Shown here one piece after another: positions 52,779 to 63,395 of a DNA stretch of 64,000 bases (position 1 is its first letter; every line of letters starts with the position of its first letter). Origin of the DNA: Bacteroidia bacterium (GTDB taxonomy: Bacteria; Bacteroidota; Bacteroidia; NS11-12g; UBA9320); assembly GCA_016779945.1 (NCBI GenBank), contig JADHMR010000002.1, positions 2,083-66,082 of the forward strand, in the 5' to 3' direction. Below the pieces are notes generated by a model. The model searched no databases. It worked only from the letters and a program-made list of their open reading frames with translations, and was not told where the DNA came from. The position numbers and the translations under genes are program-made.

Positions 52779-54695
52779 CTATTCCAACGAAATAATCTCT
52801 TCGATTAATATTTCAGATTCTTTAGTTAACTGATTTACTCTCAATGTAGTATCGGCATATTCTTTACTGATATTTTCATATTCTTCCTGCTTAGTAACAT
52901 CAATAGAACTTAGTTTGACTTCAAGGTTTTTAAGATGATTTTGGGAATTTTCTATTTGTTCTTCGATTTGGTCTAATTTTTTTTGAAGTTTTTTAATTCG
53001 TTCTTCTTTTTCATTTTTTCTTTTCCACGAATCTTTAGAAGATTTATCCTCAACTGTTTTTTGACCCTTTTTCTTTGCTTTATCTGAGCTTGAAGGATTT
53101 TGAGATTGTTGAACTTTATAAAGATATTCAGAATAATTACCAGGATATTCTTTTACATCTTGATCTTCTATCCACCAAACTTTATTGGCTAATTTCTCAA
53201 TAAAATAACGATTGTGAGAAACAAAAATAAGTGTCCCTTCGTAGCGTTTGAGTGCTTCAATGATAATTTCTATTGAATCAATATCAAGGTGATTAGTTGG
53301 CTCATCGAGTAAAAGAAAATTAGCTTCTGAAACCAAAGTTTTGGCAAGTGAAACTCGAGCTTTTTCACCACCACTCAGAACTTTTATTTTTTTAAAAACA
53401 TCATCACCGCCAAATAAAAAACAACCCAACATATTGCGTAACTCCATTTCTGTTTTGTGAGGAGCGTCGTAATGAAGTTCCTCTAAAATTTCATAATCTA
53501 GGTGTAAGCTTTCTAGTTGATGTTGAGCATAAAATGAAGAGATAACTTGATGACCTTCTTTTCGTATTCCTTCAAAATCAATTTCATTGGCAATAATGCT
53601 GAGGAATGTTGATTTACCAGTTCCATTTGCACCAATAAGAGCAATTTTATCGCCACGAACAATTTCACGGTTTACACGGTCAAAAAGTATTTGATTGTCA
53701 AACCCTTGTTGAATTTCGTTTAAGTCCATAACCACTTTACCACTGGGTTTGCCAACTTTAAAATCAATTTTTAAATTTGATTTATCTTCATCAATTTCAA
53801 CAATCCTTTCAATCTTATCAACCATTTTAATTCGTGATTGAACTGCTTTAGCCTTACTTGCTTTCGCTTTAAATCGATTAATGAACTTTTCTTGTTCTTT
53901 GATATATTGACTTTGATTAGCTGCTTGGCGACTTATCAAATCATCTCGCTCTACTTTTGCTTTTAAATAAAAATCATAATTTCCATCCCATAAATAAAGT
54001 TTTTGATTGCTAAGTTCAGCAGTTTTATTAATCATTTTGTTTAGAAATTCTCGATCATGAGACACAATGACTACACTTCCGGGGTAGCTACTTAAATAAC
54101 CCTCTAGCCACTCTATACTTGGTAAATCAAGATGATTAGTAGGCTCATCCATTAGCATGATATCAGGTTCCTCTAATAACATTTTTGCTAAGACTACACG
54201 CATTCTCCAACCACCACTGAATTCTTTCATAGGACGATCCAAGTCTTCAGTTTTAAATCCAAGTCCTTCTAAAATCTCAGCTGTTTTGTTATCAATATTA
54301 TATCCGTCAAGTGCATCAAATTCTTCTTGGTAATCAGCTATTTTTTGGATGTTTTCCTCACTTGGATCGGTTTCCATCAAGATATAAAGTTGTTCTAATT
54401 CATCTTGAATAAATAAAGCACGTTTAAATGCTTGTTTCGCATGTTCAAGAATAGTCTGATTACCGTCCTCACTAATCATATCTTGAGATAAATATCCAAG
54501 ATTGATTCCTCCAGACTTATTTATGGAACCCTCTCTAACGTCATATTTACCCATAATTAATTTGAGTAGGGTAGATTTACCAGCTCCATTTTTGCCAATA
54601 AGTCCAATACGTTCTCTAGGCTTTATAAACCAATCGATGTCTCTAAATAGATAGTTTCCTCCAAATTCAAATGAAACGTTTTGTATGTGTAACAA
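52779..54695 (-). CDS. ABC-F family ATPase with C-terminal coiled-coil extension (Uup-like)
   Basis: Two ABC cassettes (GKNGAGKST / GANGTGKST; LSGGWRMR / LSGGEKAR), no TM domain, Lys/Glu-rich coiled-coil tail. Confidence 0.85.
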   Translation of the reverse strand: MLHIQNVSFEFGGNYLFRDIDWFIKPRERIGLIGKNGAGKSTLLKLIMGKYDVREGSINKSGGINLGYLSQDMISEDGNQTILEHAKQAFKRALFIQDELEQLYILMETDPSEENIQKIADYQEEFDALDGYNIDNKTAEILEGLGFKTEDLDRPMKEFSGGWRMRVVLAKMLLEEPDIMLMDEPTNHLDLPSIEWLEGYLSSYPGSVVIVSHDREFLNKMINKTAELSNQKLYLWDGNYDFYLKAKVERDDLISRQAANQSQYIKEQEKFINRFKAKASKAKAVQSRIKMVDKIERIVEIDEDKSNLKIDFKVGKPSGKVVMDLNEIQQGFDNQILFDRVNREIVRGDKIALIGANGTGKSTFLSIIANEIDFEGIRKEGHQVISSFYAQHQLESLHLDYEILEELHYDAPHKTEMELRNMLGCFLFGGDDVFKKIKVLSGGEKARVSLAKTLVSEANFLLLDEPTNHLDIDSIEIIIEALKRYEGTLIFVSHNRYFIEKLANKVWWIEDQDVKEYPGNYSEYLYKVQQSQNPSSSDKAKKKGQKTVEDKSSKDSWKRKNEKEERIKKLQKKLDQIEEQIENSQNHLKNLEVKLSSIDVTKQEEYENISKEYADTTLRVNQLTKESEILIEEIISLE

Positions 54696-54733
54696 TTTTG
54701 AGCCGTTTAGTTAGTTTTTGATAAGAAATTGAG

Positions 54734-55939
54734 TTACATGTCGTGACCCATTTTTTCTTTTTTTGTTGTTAAGTAATTTTTGTTGTGAGGGTTTGGTTCG
54801 ACTTGTAATGCTACATTTTCTACGATTTCTAACCCATAACCAATCAATCCTTTTCTTTTCTTTGGGTTGTTACTCATTAGTCTAATTTTTTTCACGCCTA
54901 AATCTCTGAGTATCTGAGCACCCACTCCATAGTCCCTTTCATCCATCTGAAAACCTAATTCGAGGTTTGCTTCTACAGTATCCAAACCATTTTCTTGGAG
55001 TTTATATGCTTTCAACTTGTTAAGAAGACCAATTCCACGCCCTTCTTGATTCATGTATACGATTACACCTTTGCCTTCTTTTTCGATAGTTTGCATGGCT
55101 TTTTTAAGCTGTTCGCCACAGTCACATCGACAACTTCCAAAGATATCTCCGGTCAAACAACTGGAATGAACCCTAACTAAAATAGATTCATCGTCTTTCC
55201 ATTCACCTTTTACAAGAGCTAAATGATCCATACCATTGCTGGTCTGTTTGTATGCAACAAGGTCAAAAGATCCATCGTTTGTTGGCATCTTTACATCAAT
55301 TTGACGTTCTATTAAGCTTTCGTGCTTGAGTCGATACTCGATTAAGTCTGCAATGGAGACAATTTTCATATTATGCTTCTTTGCAACCTTAATTAGATCG
55401 GGTAGGCGTGCCATTGTTCCATCTTCGTTCATTATTTCAACAATACATCCAGCGGGTTCAAACCCAGCTAAACGTGCCAAATCAATTGCTGCTTCAGTAT
55501 GCCCAGCTCTTCTTAAAACACCTGCAGTTCGAGCTCTTAGCGGAAAAATATGACCTGGCTTCCCAAGTTCACTTGGATTAGTGTTTGGATTAACCAAAGC
55601 CTGTATTGTCTTTGATCGATCATATGCTGATATTCCAGTACTTGTCCCATGACCAATCAAATCAACAGAGACCGTAAATGGAGTTTCAAATTGAGCAGTA
55701 TTCTTTCCGACCATCAAATCAAGATCCAATTCATCACATCGCTCTTCTGTAAGTGGTACACAAATTAGTCCACGACCTTCAGTAGCCATAAAATTGACCA
55801 TTTCTGTTGTGACATTTCGTGCAGCAGTTAAGAAATCACCCTCATTCTCACGATCTTCATCATCTACAACAATGACCATCTTACCATTTTTTATTTCATC
55901 AATGGCTTCCTCAATACTATTTAATTGAAAATTATTCAT
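54734..55939 (-). CDS. ribBA: bifunctional 3,4-dihydroxy-2-butanone-4-phosphate synthase / GTP cyclohydrolase II
   Basis: ORF to 55969; likely start ATG 55939. RENEGDF, HTEA, and the zinc site [19 protein letters not shown]. Confidence 0.9.
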   Translation of the reverse strand: MNNFQLNSIEEAIDEIKNGKMVIVVDDEDRENEGDFLTAARNVTTEMVNFMATEGRGLICVPLTEERCDELDLDLMVGKNTAQFETPFTVSVDLIGHGTSTGISAYDRSKTIQALVNPNTNPSELGKPGHIFPLRARTAGVLRRAGHTEAAIDLARLAGFEPAGCIVEIMNEDGTMARLPDLIKVAKKHNMKIVSIADLIEYRLKHESLIERQIDVKMPTNDGSFDLVAYKQTSNGMDHLALVKGEWKDDESILVRVHSSCLTGDIFGSCRCDCGEQLKKAMQTIEKEGKGVIVYMNQEGRGIGLLNKLKAYKLQENGLDTVEANLELGFQMDERDYGVGAQILRDLGVKKIRLMSNNPKKRKGLIGYGLEIVENVALQVEPNPHNKNYLTTKKEKMGHDM

Positions 55940-56032
55940 TTCTTGTTTGCAAAGGTAATGATAATGCAACTACTCAGAAACTCCTAAAGTCACCTTGCTA
56001 AAATTACAAATACCTCGTGTATCTTCGTAACG

Positions 56033-57211
56033 ATGAATATTTTGTTCGTTGCTAATCGATTTCCTTATCCTCCTTTCAGAGGAGATAAGCTTAAAATTTA
56101 TAATCTTACACGCAGATTAGCTAAAAATCACAATCTTTATTTGGTTACTTTTTATGAAAAAAGAGACGAATTAAATTATTTAAAAGAGATAGCACCTTTT
56201 TTTAAAGAAATTGAATTAGTGTATCTACCTCAATGGAAATCAGTTTTGAATTGTGTACCTGCTTTACTTTCAAGCAAACCTTTACAGCTAGCTTATTTTA
56301 ATAGTAGTAAAATGAGACGGTTGGTGAATTGGGCTGTTGAACACTATTCTATTGATGTTGTTCATACCCAGCATTTACGAATGAGTCAATACACATCTCA
56401 TCTGAAAATACCCAAAATTCTTGATTTACCTGATGCTTTTTCTCTCTATTTTAAACGACGTAGCGAGACTGAAAGACCTTTGATTAATCGTTTAATTGAC
56501 AGAATCGAAATTAAGCGTTTAGCAAAAGCAGAACAAATTATTAAAGAGTATGATAAGGTGTTAGTATGCTCTATAGAAGATAAAAAATTTCTCGAAAAGT
56601 TACATCACGTAAGTAATATTGATATTTTATTAAATGGTGTAGATTTAGAAACTTTTGATGTAAAAGACGGACATGATTACGCAATTGAAAATACCCTATT
56701 ATTTACAGGAAATATGGATTATGCTCCGAATGTGGATGCAGTAATTTATTTCGTAAAGGATTTATGGCCAAGTATTTTAAAACAAAATCCATCTGTTAGG
56801 TTGGTTATCGCAGGTCAACGGCCAGTAGATGACATCCTTAGATTACAAAATGATCAAATTGAGATTACTGGATTTGTGCCAGATATTTCTGATTTGTATC
56901 GAAAATCAACTGTCCTTATAGCTCCACTAAGATTTGGTGCAGGTACACAGAATAAGGTGTTAGAAGCTATGGCAATGGGTGTACCGGTAGTTTGTACGAA
57001 TATCGGATTTGCAGGTCTTCAAATAGAAAGTGGCGATGGTGTAATTATGGCAAAGGATTCAACAGATTTCATCAATCAAGTTAATCAACTATTAGCGAAT
57101 AGTGCTCTACGTCAACAAGTGGGACAGAAAGGATTAAATATTGCTCACCAACGTTTCAGTTGGGATAGTATTACTGATCAGTTAAGTTATTACATAAAAG
57201 AAATAAACTAA
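56033..57211 (+). CDS. family 4 (group 1) glycosyltransferase
   Basis: GT-B fold pattern with a C-terminal EGFGTQNK-like region (RFGAGTQNKVLEAMAMGVPVV). Confidence 0.75.
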   Translation: MNILFVANRFPYPPFRGDKLKIYNLTRRLAKNHNLYLVTFYEKRDELNYLKEIAPFFKEIELVYLPQWKSVLNCVPALLSSKPLQLAYFNSSKMRRLVNWAVEHYSIDVVHTQHLRMSQYTSHLKIPKILDLPDAFSLYFKRRSETERPLINRLIDRIEIKRLAKAEQIIKEYDKVLVCSIEDKKFLEKLHHVSNIDILLNGVDLETFDVKDGHDYAIENTLLFTGNMDYAPNVDAVIYFVKDLWPSILKQNPSVRLVIAGQRPVDDILRLQNDQIEITGFVPDISDLYRKSTVLIAPLRFGAGTQNKVLEAMAMGVPVVCTNIGFAGLQIESGDGVIMAKDSTDFINQVNQLLANSALRQQVGQKGLNIAHQRFSWDSITDQLSYYIKEIN

Positions 57212-57224
57212 AAATTCATAATGC

Positions 57225-57268
57225 ATAAAAAAGGCCCCCAAATTTGAGAGCCTTTATTTTTTTTGATG
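57225..57268. terminator. candidate bidirectional terminator between GT4 and the RRM gene
   Basis: AAAAAAGGCCCCCA-AATT-TGAGAGCCTTTATTTTTTTT, an imperfect stem (two mismatches) flanked by A- and T-runs. Confidence 0.4.
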
Positions 57269-57277
57269 TTTAATTGA

Positions 57278-57541
57278 TTAGTATCTGTTGCTACGTTGAG
57301 GGCGATCTTCTGCTACCTTTACTACGATATCTCTTCCTTGAAACGATGATTCGTTAAGTTCAGATATTGCTGTTTGTCCAGCAGCTTCGTCAGCCATTTC
57401 AACAAATCCAAATCCTTTGGATCGGTTTCTGTCTCTGTCAAAAATTACCTTTGATGATCTTACTTCACCATAAGCTTCAAAAAGTTCTCTTAAATCTTGG
57501 TCGTCTACACTAAAGGGTAAACTTGCTACGAAAATGTTCAT
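57278..57541 (-). CDS. RNA-binding protein with single RRM domain
   Basis: RNP-2 NIFVASLPF and RNP-1 KGFGFVEM. 87 aa. Confidence 0.88.
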   Translation of the reverse strand: MNIFVASLPFSVDDQDLRELFEAYGEVRSSKVIFDRDRNRSKGFGFVEMADEAAGQTAISELNESSFQGRDIVVKVAEDRPQRSNRY

Positions 57542-57730
57542 TGTATTATTAATAGTATTTTTAGAAACAGTAAGCTATGGCAAAAGCGTTAGAAAATTTA
57601 AAAGTGAAGCCATTTATGTGTTTCTTAATTATGAATTGCAAATATATCTAAAATAATAGGTTACAACTTTTTTATTTTTCAAACTCTAATGTCTTAATAT
57701 TGCACCCTTTAGCAGTATAAAAAGCATAAA

Positions 57731-59353
57731 ATGGTTGTAGTTAATGATTTATCGGTACGTTTCGGAAAGCGGGTTTTATTTGATGAAGTAAACCTAAAAT
57801 TTAATACCAACAATTGTTATGGTATTATCGGAGCTAATGGTGCAGGTAAATCTACTTTTCTAAAAGTGCTTACTGGTGAAATGGAATCCACTTCAGGTCA
57901 TATTTCTATTGAAAAAGGAAAGCGTATGGCCGTATTAAGTCAAGATCACTTTGCTTACGACGAGCATCCTGTATTGCATACCGTCATGATGGGTCATAAA
58001 GAGATGTATGATATAATGCTTGAAAAGGATGAATTGTATGCAAAACCTGATTTTTCTGAAGAGGATGGTATTAAAGCCTCTGAATTAGAAGAGAAGTTTG
58101 CTGAAATGAACGGATGGATAGCAGAAAGTGAAGCGGGAGAATTATTAGGTGGCTTGGGTATTCTTACAGAAAAACATCATATGTTGATGAAAGACTTGAG
58201 TAACAACGAAAAAGTTCGTGTGCTCATAGCTCAGACTTTATTTGGTAGCCCAGATATATTGGTAATGGATGAGCCTACCAATGATTTAGACATAGAAACA
58301 GTTTCTTGGTTAGAAAATTTTATATTGAATTTTCCAAATCTTGTAATCGTTGTCTCGCACGATCGACATTTTCTGGATTCGGTTTGTACTCAAATCGTGG
58401 ATATCGACTTCAATAAGATAAACCAATTTGGTGGAAACTATACTTTTTGGTATGAAAGTTCGCAGTTGGCTCTTCGTCAACAACAAAACCAAAATAAAAA
58501 AGCGGAAGAACGTAAAAAAGAACTTCAAGAATTTATTGCCCGTTTTAGTGCCAATGTTAAGAAATCTAAACAAGCTACATCTCGTAAGAAGATGCTGGAT
58601 AATTTAAATTTGGATGAAATTAAACCATCCAGCAGAAAATATCCTGCGATTATTTTTGTGCAAGAACGTGATGCTGGTGATCAAATCTTGAATGTAAAGA
58701 ATCTAACGTTAGCTCCATATTTTGAAAACATTTCTTTTAACTTAACTAAAGGAGATAAAGTATTTTTATTCTCAAAGCATAGCATTATCACTTCTAAATT
58801 TTATCAAGTCTTAAACGGTGAAATAAAACCAGATAGTGGCGAAATAGAGTGGGGGATTACCATAAATCAAGCATACCTTCCAAATCATAACGATGAGTAT
58901 TTTCAGTCATCATTAAGTCTTGTAGATTGGTTAAGGCAATATTCTGAAGAAAAAGACGAAACGTTCATTCGTGGTTTTTTAGGCAAAATGTTATTTAGTG
59001 GAGAAGAAGCTTTGAAACAATGTAATGTCCTCAGTGGTGGGGAAAAAGTAAGATGCATGATATCAAAATTGATGTTAGCTAATCCCAATTTTTTAATGTT
59101 AGACGAACCCCTAAATCATTTGGATTTAGAATCAATCACCGCTTTCAATAATAGTTTGAAAGATTTTAAAGGAACGGCCATGTTTACCTCTCATGATCAC
59201 CAATTTATTCAGTCTATTGCAAATCGTATTATAGAAATTAGTCCTAATGGTACGGTTGATAAAAAGACTGATTACGATTCATATCGAGCGGATAATGAAT
59301 TGAAAATCAGACGATCAGAATTGTACAAAGGCTTAGAATTAGACGCTATATAA
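57731..59353 (+). CDS. ABC-F family ATPase (YbiT/EttA-like size)
   Basis: GANGAGKST, LSNNEKVRV, LVMDEPTNDLD, second cassette LSGGEKVRC / LMLDEPLNHLD. No TM domain. Confidence 0.85.
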   Translation: MVVVNDLSVRFGKRVLFDEVNLKFNTNNCYGIIGANGAGKSTFLKVLTGEMESTSGHISIEKGKRMAVLSQDHFAYDEHPVLHTVMMGHKEMYDIMLEKDELYAKPDFSEEDGIKASELEEKFAEMNGWIAESEAGELLGGLGILTEKHHMLMKDLSNNEKVRVLIAQTLFGSPDILVMDEPTNDLDIETVSWLENFILNFPNLVIVVSHDRHFLDSVCTQIVDIDFNKINQFGGNYTFWYESSQLALRQQQNQNKKAEERKKELQEFIARFSANVKKSKQATSRKKMLDNLNLDEIKPSSRKYPAIIFVQERDAGDQILNVKNLTLAPYFENISFNLTKGDKVFLFSKHSIITSKFYQVLNGEIKPDSGEIEWGITINQAYLPNHNDEYFQSSLSLVDWLRQYSEEKDETFIRGFLGKMLFSGEEALKQCNVLSGGEKVRCMISKLMLANPNFLMLDEPLNHLDLESITAFNNSLKDFKGTAMFTSHDHQFIQSIANRIIEISPNGTVDKKTDYDSYRADNELKIRRSELYKGLELDAI

Positions 59354-59379
59354 ATTTAAAATAAAACAATAATAAGAAC

Positions 59380-60069
59380 ATGAATAAATTATTAATTTTC
59401 GGCATAGCACTTACCATTGTAGCTTGCCAACCTCAAGGAAAAATAGATACATCTATTGATACTGAATTATCAACCCAGTTGGACACAGTGAGTTATTTAC
59501 TAGGGTACAATTACGCTAAAGGTTTAAAAACTAATACTGGTCTTACAGAACTTGATAGAACCTCTTTTTTAACCGCAATGCAGCGTGTTTTTGAAGATAA
59601 AGAATCAGAAATTAGCGATGAATTTGCCAGTGATTACATGAATAATTATTTTACTGAATTAAAGAAAGAGCAAAGTGCGGTTGTCCGTCAGGAGGGTGAC
59701 GCATATTTAGCAGAAAATATGACTAAAGAAGGTGTTCAAGTTACTGAGTCAGGTCTTCAGTATAAAGTTATTACAGAAGGATCTGGGGCAGTTCCAAAAG
59801 AGGGTGACAAAGTGAAAGTACACTACACTGGAAAATTGATTGACGGAAATGTATTTGATAGCTCAGTTGAACGTGGACAACCAAGCGAATTTGTTACGAA
59901 TCAAGTAATAAAAGGTTGGTCAGAGGCTTTGTTACTTATGAATGTTGGTTCAAAATGGGAGTTAGCTATACCTGCTGATTTAGCATATGGTGATCGAGCA
60001 ACAGGCCCTATACCCGCTGGTTCGACACTCTTATTCGAGGTTGAATTACTTGATATTGTAGCACAATAA
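59380..60069 (+). CDS. FKBP-type peptidyl-prolyl cis-trans isomerase lipoprotein
   Basis: Lipobox LTIVAC. FKBP core [16 protein letters not shown]...[26 protein letters not shown]...[14 protein letters not shown]. Confidence 0.88.
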   Translation: MNKLLIFGIALTIVACQPQGKIDTSIDTELSTQLDTVSYLLGYNYAKGLKTNTGLTELDRTSFLTAMQRVFEDKESEISDEFASDYMNNYFTELKKEQSAVVRQEGDAYLAENMTKEGVQVTESGLQYKVITEGSGAVPKEGDKVKVHYTGKLIDGNVFDSSVERGQPSEFVTNQVIKGWSEALLLMNVGSKWELAIPADLAYGDRATGPIPAGSTLLFEVELLDIVAQ

Positions 60070-60080
60070 AAATATTTCTT

Positions 60081-60773
60081 TTGAATTTACTCTTACTGAG
60101 CAATAGTACAAACCATGGTGAGCAATACATGCAATGGTGTTCAGATACAATTGCCGATTTTGTCAAGAATAAATCTTCCATTGTTTTCATTCCTTATGCA
60201 GCAGTTGGATTTTCTTATCAAGATTACACAGATAAAGTAAATGAGGCATTATCCTCGTTTGATATAAAAGTCAGAAATATAGATGACTTTGATGATAAAA
60301 TAAAAGCATTAAAGGAGTCTACTGCTGTTTTTATTGGAGGTGGAAATACATTTCATCTTCTAAAAATGCTTCAAAATTTAAATCTTATTAATACCATTCA
60401 TGAATTGGTTTTAGGCGGATTAACTTATGTCGGATGGAGTGCAGGTTCAAACATTGCTTCTCCAACAATTTGTACCACTAATGATATGCCTATTGTTCAG
60501 CCAGAAAGTTTCGATTCACTCTGTTTAATACCATTTCAGATTAATCCTCATTACACTGAAGATACAATTCCGAATCACGGTGGTGAATCACGCTTACAAC
60601 GATTATCAGAATATATTGCAGCTAATCCTACAGAGAAAATCGTTGCACTTCCTGAATCATCTTATCTGACTGTTATTGACAGAGAATGTAGGTATTTCGG
60701 AAATTATGATGGAAAACTAATTTCTGATGAAAGAAATGAGATAATTAAAAATCAGTCAATCGTCATATTTTAA
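60081..60773 (+). CDS. pepE: dipeptidase E (S51 peptidase)
   Basis: LLLLSNST, FIGGGNTFHLL, GWSAGSN (Ser nucleophile). TTG start. Confidence 0.8.
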   Translation: MNLLLLSNSTNHGEQYMQWCSDTIADFVKNKSSIVFIPYAAVGFSYQDYTDKVNEALSSFDIKVRNIDDFDDKIKALKESTAVFIGGGNTFHLLKMLQNLNLINTIHELVLGGLTYVGWSAGSNIASPTICTTNDMPIVQPESFDSLCLIPFQINPHYTEDTIPNHGGESRLQRLSEYIAANPTEKIVALPESSYLTVIDRECRYFGNYDGKLISDERNEIIKNQSIVIF

Positions 60774-60858
60774 TGGATTAACAAAGTTTATTTAATCAAA
60801 CATACAGCATAAAAGATTTCAATTGTACATTCGTAATAATATTTAATAAACATAAAAA

Positions 60859-61410
60859 ATGAAAAAGATAACTTTAATTTTACTCCTATTTAGTGCTACT
60901 GCATTAATAATGACAACAGGTTGTGGGTCTGATGATAAACCAACAACACCTTCTAATAATAATCCACAAGATTCAACTACAACAGCTTCTATTGATAATC
61001 AAATTCAGATTGGATTAGAACTATTCAAATTTAACGAAGATATCGATCGAACTTTCGGTGAGTATAATTCAAGTGATACAAGTACTTACATTAGTGTATT
61101 TGGTAATGATCCAAACTATGGTGATGCAAGTTTCAATATAACATTTCCTGGACAAACTACTGGATCGTTTGTTACTGTAGTGGGAAGTTCTGAGGTTGAT
61201 TTTCAGGCTGGTGCAGGAGAAGAAGGAACAATTTACAGAGAAGAGTTTAGTGCTTCTGGTAGTACTATGAATATTGAAGTGACTGAATATGGTGCTATTG
61301 GTGAACATATCAAGGGTACTTTTTCAGGAACTGTTAAGAATGGTAAAACCGGCCAAAGTGTTAACATAACAAAAGGTAAATTTGATGTTATCCGAAGGGA
61401 CGACCAATAA
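60859..61410 (+). CDS. hypothetical lipoprotein
   Basis: Lipobox IMTTGC followed by a Thr/Pro/Asn-rich linker. No recognised domain. Confidence 0.6.
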   Translation: MKKITLILLLFSATALIMTTGCGSDDKPTTPSNNNPQDSTTTASIDNQIQIGLELFKFNEDIDRTFGEYNSSDTSTYISVFGNDPNYGDASFNITFPGQTTGSFVTVVGSSEVDFQAGAGEEGTIYREEFSASGSTMNIEVTEYGAIGEHIKGTFSGTVKNGKTGQSVNITKGKFDVIRRDDQ

Positions 61411-61425
61411 TTACAGTTATCACAT

Positions 61426-61457
61426 AAAAAAAGGGGATGAATTTCATCCCCTTTTTT
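61426..61457. terminator. bidirectional rho-independent terminator
   Basis: AAAAAAAGGGGATGA-AAT-TCATCCCCTTTTTT between the lipoprotein gene (+) and tRNA-Cys (-). Confidence 0.8.
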
Positions 61458-61559
61458 ATTGTCATATATTTAATGGAAATAAAAATTATTTGAAATATAT
61501 AAACCAAAAGAGTTTTGTCAGAAATTGTAGTGTAATGTTTAAGGTGGGGAGAATTAAAG

Positions 61560-61630
61560 AGGTCGGAACCGGATTCGAACCGGTGTAAAAGGTTTTGCAG
61601 ACCTCTGCCTAGCCACTCGGCCATCCGACC
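61560..61630 (-). tRNA. tRNA-Cys (anticodon GCA)
   Basis: Minus strand GGTCGGATGGCCGAGTGGCTAGGCAGAGGTCTGCAAAACCTTTTACACCGGTTCGAATCCGGTTCCGACCT. Acceptor GGTCGGA/TCCGACC, anticodon loop CTGCAAA. A TAAATTTG -7 box lies 17 nt upstream (61648..61655, minus). Confidence 0.88.
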
Positions 61631-61747
61631 TTTCTTCAAAAGGAATGCAAATTTAAAATTTAAGTCATGTTTTCCTAATAATATTTTGGTTAACAAAAAG
61701 TAATCTCAGTCTTTGTTTGTTAACTTTGACTACTCGGAATTTAATGG

Positions 61748-62239
61748 ATGAGCAATCGTATTCAATTTGAAAAATTATATAAGAGATTCCAACCCTCTCT
61801 AATTAATTACGCTTTTTATCTTACAAGAAGTTCTGAGGATGCTATAGAAATTGTAAACGACGTATTTTTATCAGTCTGGAGCAAGCAAAATCGATTAACA
61901 TTAGATCATAGCTTAAAAACCTATCTCTACACTGCAGTCATGAATAGATCAATTAATTACATCAAAAAAAATAAATTGGAAACAGTGTTTGATGATCAAT
62001 TAGACACTTTAAGCGATTTTGAAGCAGATAAGTCATTACTCCAAAAAGAACAACAAATAATCATAGAACAAATCATGAATAATTTGCCTCCAAAATGTAA
62101 GCAAGTTTTTTCTATGAGTAGAGTAGATCAGCTATCTAATAAGGAAATTGCATCGCTATTGGATATATCAATCAAGACTGTTGAGGCTCAGATTACGAAA
62201 GCTTTAAAAATATTTAGAAAAAAATTAATAAATGAGTAA
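61748..62239 (+). CDS. ECF-type RNA polymerase sigma-70 factor
   Basis: Region 2 (YAFYLTRSSEDAIEIVNDVFLSVW) and region 4 HTH (LSNKEIASLLDISIKTVEAQITKALK). 163 aa. Confidence 0.85.
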   Translation: MSNRIQFEKLYKRFQPSLINYAFYLTRSSEDAIEIVNDVFLSVWSKQNRLTLDHSLKTYLYTAVMNRSINYIKKNKLETVFDDQLDTLSDFEADKSLLQKEQQIIIEQIMNNLPPKCKQVFSMSRVDQLSNKEIASLLDISIKTVEAQITKALKIFRKKLINE

Positions 62240-62288
62240 GGGTAGATCAGCATATCATTGTATTAGTAAGTATATAAGAAACATAATT

Positions 62289-62438
62289 ATGATTTGGGAA
62301 TCGAATATACTTTTGAAATTTTTGTTTGGTAAATGTACCAGACAAGAAACGGATGATGTGAACGCTTGGCTTAATGAAAGTAAATACAACCAACGTACCT
62401 TGTCTCATCTAAAATCTACAGTTAATAACTATCTATAA
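62289..62438 (+). CDS. stand-alone mini-ORF resembling only the N-terminal sigma-binding segment of FecR-type anti-sigma factors
   Basis: ORF 62232..62438; from ATG 62289 it reads MIWESNILLKFLFGKCTRQETDDVNAWLNESKYNQRTLSHLKS. This fits the remembered FecR N-terminal pattern (..yl.G.cs.eE...v..Wl..s..N...f..lk). No TM or FecR domain. Confidence 0.4.
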   Translation: MIWESNILLKFLFGKCTRQETDDVNAWLNESKYNQRTLSHLKSTVNNYL

Positions 62439-62448
62439 CTAAAAACAA

Positions 62449-63372
62449 TTGAATTCAGAGTTAGAACATAGAATTATTCAGTACTTGACAAATAGCATGT
62501 CTTCAGTAGAACGTGCTGATTTTGAGCAAGATTTGGATTCTGATGGTCAATTAATGAATGAATTTATTGCTTTTAAATCTGTTTGGGATCTAACTGAATC
62601 CCTAAGCTATGAATCAAGTGATTCAGATATGTATTGGTCTAATTTTGAATCATCAATCATGGATGAGCCCAATACTAGCTCAAGTAAACTAAGTGTTGTA
62701 AGAATTGCTGCAAGTATTTTAATTATTGCTGTTTCATCAATATTAATGTGGACCTTTTTAGCCAATGATAATAAAGTTGTAGCTACAGATTTCTCGAAAA
62801 ACTATCAATTGGACGATCAATCTAATGTGATTCTCAATCCGAATTCATCCATTGTAATATCAAATGATTACAATGTTTCTAATCGTGAAATTACATTATC
62901 TGGTGAAGCTTATTTTGATGTTGTTCCAGATGATAAAAAATTTATTGTACATACCAATTTTGGTGATGTGGTAGTTCACGGAACACAATTTAAAGTTTCT
63001 GTTGATGAGTCAGATTCTTCGCTGCTAATTGATCTTTTTGATGGGCAACTTTCTTATATTTCAAATAATAGTGAGTACAAACTTGTATCTGGAGACCTTC
63101 TCACATCCTCTAAAAACGTAATTGAAAAATTAAGATCAGCTATCTCAATAAATGGAAATGACTTTGTAACATGCAAAAACACTTCTTTAGCTGATATCTT
63201 ATCACAGATTAATATTGTGTATGGCGTAAATCATAATATTAATTCCAAATTATTAAATGACAGCTATACTATATCCTTCCCTAAGAATGATATCAATAAA
63301 TGTATAGCAATTCTGAAACAAGTTTCTGGATACAACTTTACTTTTATTGATAATTCAATTGTTTTGAAGTAA
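62449..63372 (+). CDS. FecR-family transmembrane anti-sigma factor
   Basis: TTG start. N-terminal IIQYLTNSMSSVERADFEQDLDSDGQLMNEFIAFKSVW, single TM (VVRIAASILIIAVSSILMWTFL), periplasmic FecR core (LSGEAYFDV...VHTNFGDVVVHGTQFKV). Confidence 0.82.
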   Translation: MNSELEHRIIQYLTNSMSSVERADFEQDLDSDGQLMNEFIAFKSVWDLTESLSYESSDSDMYWSNFESSIMDEPNTSSSKLSVVRIAASILIIAVSSILMWTFLANDNKVVATDFSKNYQLDDQSNVILNPNSSIVISNDYNVSNREITLSGEAYFDVVPDDKKFIVHTNFGDVVVHGTQFKVSVDESDSSLLIDLFDGQLSYISNNSEYKLVSGDLLTSSKNVIEKLRSAISINGNDFVTCKNTSLADILSQINIVYGVNHNINSKLLNDSYTISFPKNDINKCIAILKQVSGYNFTFIDNSIVLK

Positions 63373-63395
63373 TCATTTAACGATTTTCGTAGTCG

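Noticed and set aside
55940-56032. FMN riboswitch expected upstream of ribBA
   Set aside because: Only 93 nt separate ribBA from the divergent GT4 gene, and none of the conserved FMN-aptamer segments are present. That is too short for the ~130-nt aptamer plus an expression platform.
61382-61696. 68-aa (+) and 102-aa (-) ORFs around 61.4..61.7 kb
   Set aside because: Both run through the terminator hairpin and the tRNA-Cys gene, and neither has a protein-like motif.
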